Shown: positions 30,101 to 42,100 of the stretch, piece after piece
How the letters are laid out: each line of letters starts with the position of its first letter
How positions within the stretch are numbered: position 1 is the stretch's first letter
IMG/VR virus record: IMGVR_UViG_3300025853_000048
Coordinates: 1-64,000 of that record
Source of the DNA: a virus
DNA: 64,000 nucleotides
Strand: one strand, 5' to 3'
Translations under genes and position numbers: made by a program
Notes under the pieces: model-generated
Seen by the model: the letters and a program-made list of their open reading frames with translations, nothing else
Told to the model about the DNA's origin: nothing
Database searches by the model: none

Positions 30101-33100
30101 AATGAGATCCAACCCCCGTGGTTCTGGCAGTATTTTTCCATTCCGGTAATTGTTTCTCTGCGTATTCAACCCCCCTCTTCCATTGTTCATCTGACTGGCT
30201 ATGTTTATCCCATGCGATCAGTTTTGTGTTACCAGCTGAATCCGTGGTGCGTTTTGATTTGGTTAGCGTGTCAGGTTTCTCTTCAGCAACTTTCTTCTTA
30301 GCCTTCGGCTTCCGGGTTTCAGCTTTCGGGGGTTCCCCTTCCAGCGCCCTTTTCTGAGCTTCAAACTTCTTCCGGCCCTCCGCGGTCAACTCCTGAGTAC
30401 CATCTTTCTCGAACTTCTTCTTATAGATGATGCCGTTATTGGCCAGCACCTTGGCGCTGCCGGGGTGACCTTTCTTGCCTTCGCCGATGGCCATCATGGC
30501 GCGGACCTGGGCGGCATTTAAACCGTCTGGACGCTCGCTCTTGCCGGTCTTGGCGGCGTGGATGGAGTAGCCGGTTTTGAGAAGTTTCAGCTCATTACTC
30601 ACCACTTCCATGGTTTCCTGGCTGCGGTCACCGAGGATGAATTTCTCCAGTGCCGGATTGATCATCAACCCGTCCGCTTCACCTTCCTTGGAACGTTGCA
30701 ACTGGCTAGGCGTATCGGCGTCGCCCATATCAACCACCAGGATACGCAGATCCAGAAGTTGGTCGTATTCCTCCGGTGACAAATCCTCGCCGTTGATCCA
30801 TTTTTTCAGCTCTTCAGCGTGGCGGATATCGACTGTTTTCTCAGTGGTGTCCTGTGGATCCTGGGCGAGCGGTTTGCCCTGCCAGTCGAGCGGGAGTAAA
30901 GATCCCCGTTCTTCGTTCTTGGTTCCTGGTTCTTCGTTGGTTGCTGGCCCCATCGGGATGTTGCGACCGTCCACCTTGCGGTGGAATTCCTCGTACTGGC
31001 GCAACTCTTTGTCGCTTGGCTTTTTAGCTCTGCGACCAATGGCGAATAGGTGCATATCGTCTACTCCCAGCTTGAGAGCAAACTCCCGCTCACTATCCGA
31101 AATGTAGGATTGTTGATCGTGTAGAGTCAGGTTGCCTTCGCCTCTTTGGTAAATGCGATACAAACCGTCTTCGACTTCCCGTTTCGAGAATCCCTGATCC
31201 ATCACGATGGGGACCAGTTCTCCCAAGGAAACCATGCTGCCGGGGTTGTCTGATAGCCGCGTTGCCACCTTGGCAATTTCAGCGTCCACGGCGGGGCGGT
31301 TCGGGTAATCGGCTATTCCGTTTTCAGTCGGGAAGGATTCTTGAGTTTCTCCGCCCTCATAAACCGCGAATCCCTCATCGATCAGGTATTGCTTGTCAGC
31401 TTCATCGAGCGATTCCTCGCCCTCATGGACTAGGCGTTGCAATACCTCGTCGTCCTTGCCCTTGAGTAGGCCGGTGTAGACGTTGATCGGTTTGAACTTC
31501 TGGCGCAATTCATCGAGATCTTTATCGACAACCGAGTAGGTGCCCTGCGATGGGTCGTAGTTGTCATCGATATCGCTCTTGCTGAATCCGGCTTGCTCGG
31601 CCTGCTCGATCAGCTCCAGCTTCATTTCGCTGGTCTTGGCCTTGGCGTATTTCCGGCGCAACCCGGCCAGTTTCTTGCGGCGCGGAGCCTCTTGCTTGTC
31701 CCGCTCGATGGCTTCGGCGTGTCTTTCTGCCCGTTGCTGGTCCTCGGACTTGGCCTTCTTCTGTCGTTCGCGGGTGGTTGCTGCCCGGGCCTTGTCGCGC
31801 TCTGCTACGTATTCCTTGGAGTTGCCAGCTTTGATATCGTTCACGCTGCGGCGCTCCATGTGGTCGCCAGATCCAGCAATGATGATCTCATCGAAGATGT
31901 CCCGGATTTCGTTGGGCAACTCGCCCTTCAGGTGAGCATACAGGTTCCTGGCAATCTCTTTGACCACCCGGAACGCTTCCTTAATCTTGTCGCTGGCTCC
32001 CTGGGGGAATTTACCTCTGCGGAAATATTCCTCGGCGTGTTCCGCGAATTTCTCTTCTGACTCCGGACTCCAATCGTCGGTTGCTTCACCGTAAAATTCA
32101 TTGAGTCGATTACCGATTTCAGTTCCCTTAAGCAGTTCACGGTCGAGGTGAATGATTTCGTGAAGCAAGGTGATGGCGTCGGCCTTGCCCTCGATCAGGC
32201 CGATGAGGTTATCGGCGCGACGGTAGAAGCCCTTGATTGCGCGGCCCTTGCCGCCACGCTGAAGCAGGATCGCGTCTTCCGGTGCGATGTTTTCGCTCGA
32301 ATACGGCGCGATGGCGGCGCGTTGCTCGGCGGTGAGGTTCGCCCGGGACTGGACGTCGCGGGCCTCGATCTCGCCTGCGGTGCGACGGTAATCCCTGTCT
32401 GGTGCAAAAATTCTCTTCTCACGTTCTTTTTCGTATTTCTCTTTTTCGTGTTGATACCATTCCCGCGCCTCATCGATGTCTGACATCATTTCCGTCAGTT
32501 CCAATTCACGTGGATCTATCTCCCTGTCTGCTAACCGAGAATACTTCTTCGCCGCCAGTTGTGCATTTTCAGCATCCAGTTGTGCCGCCGATCTGCGCTT
32601 GTATTTCTCAGCTAGTTCTTCCGCGTGCTTGATCCGCAGTTCGTGCCGTTTACGAAGTTCTTCTACCGGTGTTGTTCCGTTCTCTTCGGCAGATTCAAAA
32701 TATTTGGTCACCATGAACTTTCGACTGACTTCTTTGTTCAATCGGTCGAAATCTTCATCAGCCATTTGCATACCTTGGCGATGCTCTAGCGGAGAACTCC
32801 CTCTTGCGAATCCTTCTCTATGCTGAATAGCGTGTTGAATTTCGTGCAGGAGAGAACTCAACCCCCTTCCTTGTGCGCCTATCGAAATTCTCTCTTTTCC
32901 TCCAATGTTAATATAAACCGCATCTATTCCGTCTTTCAACGAAACTGGAATCTTGCCAATCTCAGGATATGCCTCAAACAAAGCCGTATGATCCAGCAAA
33001 TCGCGCAACTCAACTTCTTCAGTGTCGCCGTTTTTCAACAGATCTAGAACCTCATCGTAAATCTTCGCACCCTCGTCAGGAATCTCCCAACGCATCTTGC

Positions 33101-36100
33101 CGTCGTACTTCCCAGGGAACCAACCCGTAGCGGCGCGGATCGTCTCGCTGTCCCTGCCTGCCGCCGCCATCGCCTTGGCTGTTTCCAGGCTGTCGGCCAT
33201 GAACTGCGGCACCTCGGCGTTCTCGCCCGCGAACTGGTAGAGGATCGAGTCTTTGTCGGAGTCGAAGCGTTGGGAGAGCGGGATGACTTCGCCGTCTTTG
33301 TCGTAGGTGACAGGATCGGCTGATTTGATCTGGTTGGGGTTCGTTGTCACATAAACAGTAGATGAACCAGCTTCCGCGTCATCCATCCAACTATCACCTA
33401 TGTCTTCAAATATAATACCATCGTATTTTGTGTCATCAAAATTCCTTACTACATCTTGAGTGCTGCTACCGTGCTCCGAACTCAACTCATCCCATTTTTC
33501 TCCTTTGGCATCTATAACCAAAGGTGTTTCCATTTTTAAATAGACATCGTATACTCTTTCCCCACTTGCATATCCATCGGCGTTCCACCAATCATCAGTG
33601 AAGTAGGAAAAATCGTTGAAAACCTCGATGTTTTCCGCATGGCTAGTTCCATGATAAGCAGGGCCAATATTATATCCTGCCTCTTTTGCTGCCTCATCAA
33701 TCAACCTCTCCACAGTGTTTAGATCCCCAGCCTCAACAGCCGCCAGATACTCCCTATCGCGCTCCTCATCCACCTGCTTGAGCGTATCCCGGCCCCGCGC
33801 CTTGCGAACCTTATCCGGCACCTGCGCCAACGCCTCAATCGAGAATTCAGCCTCGCTCAATCCGGCCTCTTTACGCAGCTTTTGCGCCCCGGCGATCAGT
33901 GCGCCGGCCAGGTCGGTCAGGGCGTTGATTTCGTCGTCGGTCTTGGCTAGTCCGAGCTTGCGGCTCAGTTCGGTCAGTCCGGCTGAGATTCTTTCGTATT
34001 CCTGCTGCTGCTTCGGCGTGAATTTCTTTTTGGAGAGGGTGTCGGTGATGGTTCCGGCAGTTGATGATGCATCTTTCGCTTTCGCTTTCTTCCGCTTGGG
34101 CTTCGATAGCGTGTCCAGGTCCAGATCACCACTGGCGAAATCATCGGGATTGGCATCGGTCTTGGGCTTCGGAGTGGGTGCAGCTTGCTTACCACCTGTC
34201 AAATACTCAGCCAATGCAGCGGGCGCTTTATTCAAGTTACGCTTGGCTTGCGCGATCTGCTTGCTTTCTCCAGGCAGAGCGAGACGAGTTTTACCTTTCT
34301 CATCAGTCGGGACGTACCCTTGATCAATCATATCCAGCAGGTAGGTCAACTGACTGGCCTTTTCGCCGGGACGTTGTTTCTTAAGGGCATCCTCGATGGC
34401 ACCCTTGTCCCTCGGTGTGGCATCCAGTGAACTCAGGTAATCAATCAGGACTTCGGCTTCCCGAGCGGGCATTCCCTCAATATCAGGCTGGAAATCACGG
34501 CCCGCTGCCTTGCGCTGGTTCATCCAGTTTTCATCGTAGTAAGCATCAGTTCTGCTCACCGCATCGTAGAAGTAGGAACCGATGCTGTTGCTCTGAATGA
34601 TTGCCACTTCCTCAATGATCAATTGCTGGCGCATATCCTCGGGCAGGAAATCCAAAGCTTTGTGCAACCTGCCAACCAGGTCCGGTTTGGAAATCTGGTG
34701 GTGATATTCTTCTTCCAGTGCCTTGATGTTATTCTTGGCCTGACGTTTCAGTTCCTCGGGACTGGTCTTATTGCGTCGGAACAGGTTAGCCATCTTGTCC
34801 ATGATTGAATCAAGCTTGGCTTTGGCTTCGGCGATGATCGGCAGATTCTTGACCGAATCCCAGATACTCTTCTCAACCCCTTTCAAGGTGTCTTCCGCTT
34901 TCGCCCGTGTGGTTGGGTCTAACTCGGCGAGAATCGCGTTGCGGCGTTCTATCGCTTCGTTTCGGTTCGCCTGCTTCTGACGCAAGTTCTGCATCAGTGT
35001 CGGCGGGATATTGACATAGGAATAGGTCTGATTGCGGTCGGATTCGTAAACCACCCGCATAGCGCCTGTTACAGGATTCCAACCGATCTTGGTGATAGTC
35101 CGCGATCCGTGCTTGAGTCCCGACGTGGCAATCCACTCCATATCCGGGTCTTCCGGAAGTTGCGGCTCGAGCAGTTCAGCCCGCTCCCTGCCGGTCATCC
35201 CTGGTTGCACTTCAAGATCAGGCTTCGGTTCGGGTGCGGTGGCTTTTTCCTCACCCAAAAGCATGATTTCGTCCAGCACCTTGCGGACTTCGGCGGGAAT
35301 ATCGTTGTGGATCGGTGATCCGGCCAGTTGCGCGTAGATGCCGCGTATAACTTCTGCTACCTTGGCCAGTGCTGCCTTCAACCTGTCCGGTAACCCATCA
35401 GGGAAGTCTCCGTCCCGCATATAGCGTTCGACGTGACGGGCAAAGACTTCTTCCTGGTCATCGGTCCATTCGTCGGTAGCGATGCCGTACGCGGCGTTCA
35501 GTTCGCTACCGAGATCAGTGCCCTTGAGCAGTTCCCGGGACATGTGCGCCACCTCATGCATGATGGTGGATTCGTTGGCCTTGCCCTGGATTAGCCCAAT
35601 CAGGTTCTGTGATCGGTCGTAAAAGCCCTGAGGGTCGCCATGCTCATCCTTGGAGAAGAGGATGATTGCCTCTTCCTTGGCAATGTTCTCGATATCGTAA
35701 GGTTCGACCAATGCGCGGACCTTGGCGTCGTAGGTGAGTCTGCCCTGAGTGTCGCGGGCTTCGATCTCGCCCGCCGTGCGCTGGTAGTCGGCAAAACCTT
35801 TCTCAGCGGCGCCTATCCCGTCCGGTCCTTCAATTTCCTGAATACGAGCAACATACTCGCTTCGTTCGCCCATCAGGTAGTCATACCTCTCTTTATTGCC
35901 CTCTTTGGACGCAAGGGACATCTCTTCATTGAGATACATGACGTACCGGTTGAGGTCGTCCACGGTTTCCTTGTAGTTACGAATATTATTTTGGAAGTTG
36001 CCACCCTTGGCGAAGCCTTCCTCTTCCTGAATCCAGTGCTGAATTTCATGAATCAGGGTAGATAGTGCGTCTTCCTTGTTCTTAGCCCTAACCGTGATTT

Positions 36101-39100
36101 GCGGCTGCAGGTCGAACAGTCCTTCCGATTCGCGGTTTTCGTAGGGTTGGAATTCTCCACCCTCATCCTTTACATCAGGGCCAATTGTGATAATCAGGTC
36201 CACGTTGCCTACATCGGGGTATGCTTCGTAAAGTTCTGGGTGATCAAGAATATCGCTGACAAAAGTTGCCCTGGTGTAATCAGATTGAACTGGTCGCACG
36301 GTGTATCCGGAATCCAGCTTGTTGAGTTTTGTCACTTCAGCATCCGCTCCTGCCTGGTCGTCATACCCGGAAACCTCGTTGCCTCTGGAGTCCACAACGT
36401 TGTAAACGGTTGCGGAATCGCTCACGCCATCCTTGAAGGAAGCGCCTTTATCCGGAATCTCCCACCGCATCTTGCCGTCATACCTGCCTGGGAACCAGCC
36501 GGTCACGGCCCGGATCTCCTTGGCCGACTTACCTGCCGCTGCCATGGCCTTGGCTGTCTCCAGTGTGTCCTGCATTACCTCTGGAATAGCGGCAGTTTCG
36601 CCAGCGTATTGGGTAAGCACGCCTTCCTTCTTGTCGGTCATCCGCTTCAACCGCTGGAAGACCGCTTTTTGCCGGTTCGGCTTCAGGCTGGCGACATTGT
36701 TCAGGAAGTGAGCGGTAACCATTCCCAGGGCTGCGTCATTTTCACGATCGCCAGTTTCCAGGAAAGTAACCATCTCGCGTACCGCTGCATTGACCGATTT
36801 CGGGTCATTCAGGTCGGCGGTTTGTGGAGTCTTGCCCCCCGCTTGCTCTTGGAGCTTCTTGCGTGCGGTTTCCCGCTTGTCTTGATCACTGACTTCCTTC
36901 TTTCCAAGGTTGCGCGGTGGCGTGTAGCTCGATTCGGCTTGGCTGCTCGCCTTGGCTATGCCGGTAGTCGTGGGGGGAACCGTTTCCGCCACAACACCCT
37001 TTTTCCCGGCAGTTGTGGCGGCTTCGACCGGCTCGACAATCGCCTTCATCGGCTGAAACTCGCCAACCCCATCGTGCATGTTCCAGCCGGGGCGGATCAC
37101 TCGCACTTTTTCACCGCGGACCACGTTGCTTTCGCCCGCGTGTAATCCAGGATCGGCAGAAACAACCTCGCCTTCTGCCCCGATCTCGATGAATCCAGCA
37201 TCGCGAAACATCTCGTTAATCAGCTCGCGGGTTTCATCGTTCTCTGCGTGCCTGTAGGCCGTCTGTAGCTGTATAAAAAACTTGCGTTGCACTTCTGCCG
37301 TGGAAGCATCGATGTGATTAATGCTCCTGCCGGTAATGCCTTTCGCCTCGTCCGCGAATACCGTTTTGATCAAACTGTTGAATGATGCACGCATGGACTT
37401 CATCACCGCTTTCGGAACGGTTTTACTCTTATCCATTTCGCGCATCTTCGCCTTGGCGTTGGCAACTGCTGTACGGAATTCTGCCGTCTTATCGTCCACC
37501 TGGGCTTCCTCCACCACCTCAGGGTTCCGCATCTCATCCAATCGGCGCTGAAAATCCTGGCGATTGCCAACTAAGTGCGTCGAGTAGTTGCGCTTGTAAG
37601 CATCAAACAGTTGATCGTCATCAGCCTTGCCGTCGAAACTCTCCTGCAGGAAGGTGATGTTCTTGGCGAAGGTTTCGGGGGTGATGGGAACTTGCTTGGA
37701 TTTCGGCTTCTTGGTGCTGGGCGCTTTACTCCCGGATTCCTCGCCCTTCCACTCATCGACCACCTTCTGCCCAGCCTCGGTAATCTCATACTCTCCGGCC
37801 TCGTTAAGCCTCGCGTAAGCCTCCGGGCGCTCTTTGGTGGTGTTGGTGAGGAAAGATAGATATCGCTTGCCAGCGGGCCTGTCCGTGTCTCCTGCGAGGT
37901 TTAGCAGGGCATCAAACATGGATGCGCTGGAAATACCTTTCGGAAACTTCGGTTTTGCGCCTTTCGCGGCGTGAATTTCGATATTTTCAGCCAACGACGG
38001 CGTTTTGGCGTCCAGATCCGGACCTGCCGCCTGCCGCATCTGGTTGAGACGTTTGACAATCCGTTTCCTCTGATCGATGGCCATTGCCTTGGTTTCCGGA
38101 TCCTTGATCTCGGTAATCATCCGGGATAGGTTTTGCGCCACCTGCTTGAGCCACCTGATAATGACCGGCATCATGTATTCGATACCCTCAATCTCTGTAA
38201 CCCGACCGGCAAACTCCTTGTCCTGGATGATCATCCGGTGGAATTCGTGAGCGCCTAGAAAGTCTCCTTTTTTCAGACTGGAGAAACGATCAACCGGTTC
38301 ATGCCCCAGGTACTGTTTCAGATATGTGATAATTTCCGGCGTACCCTTTGCTACCTGATCGATAAATTCATCGCTAATATCCAACGACTCGCTCCGAGCA
38401 ACTTCCTGATCGATTATTTCGACAGCTTCTAGGGCATCTTCCCGGTATTGTTTCGGGACGCCTTTTAGACGGGAAATAAAGTATGATCGCTCCACTTCTC
38501 GTTTGATATCTTCAGGCAAGGCTCGCCATAACTCTTTAGCCTCTCTTATCGACAACTCCTCTAGTGCCGCCTGGTGAATCAACTCCTCACTGAGTAATAC
38601 AGCAATCCTTTCCTGGGAGTAACCGCTCCTGGCCAGCCACCCCAGATCGACCTTCAGGGCAACATCGCCATTGGGTAACTTGCGGACGCTCATCGCCGTG
38701 CCGGAAGCGACTTCCTCAAGGCCAACTTGTTGAATTTCTTCAATCGGTCCGTAAACAATACCCCCTGGAAACGCACGCTCGCCATACTTGGCAACTTCCA
38801 ACTCGATCACCTCTGCAACTTTTTCAGCCTTTTTCTGGTAAGTGGGAGGGATTTCATCGATTGCCACGGCAAGATCATCGGTACCCTGGTCATTCGGCAC
38901 GATGTAATCCCTTTTCTCCGGCAACGGATCAGGAACCTTGTTGCCTTTAGGTTTCGGGTAGGCCTGCTTCTGCTTCGGACGCTTGCGCTCGGTCGGCTCC
39001 TTGCGCTTCGGCTTGATCACCGATTCAATGCCGTCAGTCAGTTCTCTCAGTGCCGGGTTTTCATCCAGGTTGTTGTAAATCCAGTTCAGGAACTTCTTCA

Positions 39101-42100
39101 GGTAGCGGCGGAAATGAGGCGATGAGGTGCGCCCGTTAAACTTGCCCTCGATAATTGCACGGGTTGCTTCGGAAACCTTCTTTGCCGGGGTCAACCCATC
39201 GAATCCATTGTATTCCTTGAGCATCAGCCCGTGCAAAACTTTGTCGTACTGCGGGGAACGCGGGTCGAACGCCTTGGATGCGGCATCGATCAGCTCCGGA
39301 TTATCGGCGGCAAACACCCGTTGCGCGGCGTGAACTCCCTCGTGGAAGATGGTTCGCTCGATCTGGGCAACGGAGCGACGCTTGTTCTGGTCTTCGAAGA
39401 TCACAATCGCCGGATTGCCGTCGCTATCAGTGACGGTTACGCCAGTTCCCTTGCGGGATAGGCTCCTACCGAGCAATGCTTCGCCGTGCGCCTTGTTCTG
39501 CGCCACGATAACGCGTACCCCGCTGGCCTTCAGGGTGTCCAGCATCGCCGACTGGTTGCCGATCGCCCGGTTGATCTTTTTGATACTGGATAAGGTTTCA
39601 TCCTTTTGTGGGGCAGGAGTCTTCGGCTTCTTGGCTTTCGGTTTCTTTTTTGCAGGTGCCGCTACCTGGTCAGCCCTGACCAAGGTGATATCGTAATCAT
39701 AGGGATTGATCGTTTCATCCCCCGGAATCTGGGGGGCTACCTTGCGCAACGCTTCTTTGGAAGAAGAGGCGATGGAGGTGGGCACAGTAAACGTTTGATC
39801 ACCGGTGAGAGATGAGACACTCCAGTAATCACCACCCCCATCGCTGCTTAGAGATTCACCACCGGTCGAAACTTCTTCCGGTGATGCTATTGATGAGTTT
39901 GCGTCATCAGCATCTTGTTCCAAAGTAGAGTCCGCAACTGTTTTTTCTTCTTCCTCGGTCGATTTAGGGTCAGTTTCAGGTTCTGCTTCAACTTCTTGCT
40001 CTGCGGGAGCGGAAAACTTGGCCTTGGCCGTCTCGTAATCCATCGTGAGGAACGCTTCTGCCGCTTCAGGGAATATTGCCTTTGCCTGATCATGCGCTTC
40101 TTCGGTGATAACTGGGACCGGTCCTTCCGGGCTATCAACTATTTCATAAACTGGTGAGTTCAGGTGTCCAACGGGAGACTTGAGTGCAGGATGGTCAAGG
40201 TTCACCGCTTTGTTGTCTGCCCCTATCCTGACCGCTGCCGCTGCCTGAAGGGTGGCTATGTAGTTAGCCATCGCCCTTTTGTAGGCTCCCGCATTACCCT
40301 CCGGGTCAGCTTCCTCTGCCTGCTTTGCCTCAGTTGCCGCGTCTTTGGCCGCGTTGATAGCGCCTTCAATCTCGGCGGAAAAGCCTGCCGCCATTTTGAC
40401 GCTCTGGCGAATCTGGGTCAACCGGTCAGCTTCGATTTCCTCGATCCTCTCCACAACCGCCTTTTTGCCTTCGATGTCGTCCTCTGCCTTGCCCTGGTAT
40501 TCCTGCAAGAGTTTATCGATCTCTGCTTCTGCGTCCCGGGAACCGTAAGAAGCAATATCGCCAACCAGTCTTTGCGCGGCTTCGATTTCCTCCTGCTGGA
40601 TAAATTCATCGGGTTCCACATACTCATTGATCCGGTCAAACACATCTCCCGGGTCGCCCGACAATTCGCTTTTAAGCTGCTCTCCGGAAAGCATGGCCTG
40701 CTTGACCATTTCAGCAATGCTTCTTGCTCGCTCATTGATTTGTTGTTCACGAATTTGCGGAGCATCCCCGATGATGCTGCTAATCCCGGACAATCCAGCA
40801 GCCCCGGAACCAATGGCACCACCAATCCCGGCACCCATCCATACCCCGTCGATGACTTGATCCCAATTAACTCTTCCGTCATCCATGAATCCCTGGATGG
40901 CCTCTTCTTTTCCTTCATCAAAGCCTTCCTCGATTATTTCAGGGAAACCATGCTTGGCGAATCCTTCGGCTGCTGAATCCCAAAACTCCGGTGACCGAAC
41001 ATAGTTAAGAAATTTGGCATCCACATCCGGGTTGTTTTTCGCCCATTTGGCAAATGCTGGCATATCCAAGTCGCCAGCCTTGCGCTTGAATTTATTCAGG
41101 ACGGCCAGTTCACCAGTCGCTCCAAATGCGCCAACAATGGCCGATGAAGTCAACCCTTGTACTACTCCAACCCCAACCGCATGATCCAGCGCATCCGCGT
41201 GGGACATCCCTTTTTCAATGCCCTGCTTGTAGCTTCGACTCACGGCAATACCGAAACTTGCCGATCCCGCTTCACCCATTGCTGTCGCAAAACCAGACCT
41301 GGCTGCCCATTTCGAAACTTGTTTCTCAATCTGTTCTTCGGCGGCATCTTTGCCTATCTTCTTGGTCAGTTCGCTGCCTATCTTTTTCTTGAGTACTTTT
41401 TTCCCAACGGAACTTACCGCTGTGGCTGCACCCAATGAAAAAATCATGGAGGGGAGTTCTGAAAACACTTCTGAGACAAATTCGTTGGCCACTTGTGATA
41501 CACCACCTCCGATTGCCCCTGACTGGACAAGTGCAGAAAATTCTTCACTTGTTTCGTTTGCTCCCGTTAACCACTCCTCTTTGCCTGTGATACCCCCGGC
41601 AACCCCTCTCAGGATCATTTCGAATTCGCCCACAGCACTGCCAGCAGCAGCGAGAACCCATTGGATGGCTTTCTCTGAAAGGTTCTGCTGATCCAGGTAG
41701 GCTTCAATCAATTCTGCCTCGCTCTCGTGCGGGTTATTCTGCTCGAATTTAAGGAAACCTGTCAACCCTATGGGAACATCTGTGTTGACGCCCCGTACGG
41801 AGATTTTGCGTAAAGCTTCTGCCACCTTGGGTGCTGAAATGTTTCGAGCGTGTTCAAATTCTGCCTTTGCTTGCTCTATCTTCTCAGGGTCATCAGTAAG
41901 CTTGGATAACTCGGCATCTAGGGCAGGGGTATCGAAAAGGTTTAACGATCCCACATTTAGTTGCAAATTTCCCGATTGCAGTTCCCGGACCTTCTGCCCC
42001 GGCAACCATCCGGAATGCCTTTCTTGCAAATCGCGAACGATGCGATCTTTCTGAGTTCTGGGGATGTTGTATTTCTCAGCTAGTTCTTCCGCGTGCTTGA

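Noticed and set aside
30908-30938. Heptamer tandem repeat (GTTCTTC/GTTCTTG/GTTCCTG)
   Set aside because: Only about four degenerate units within a linker; no evidence of function.
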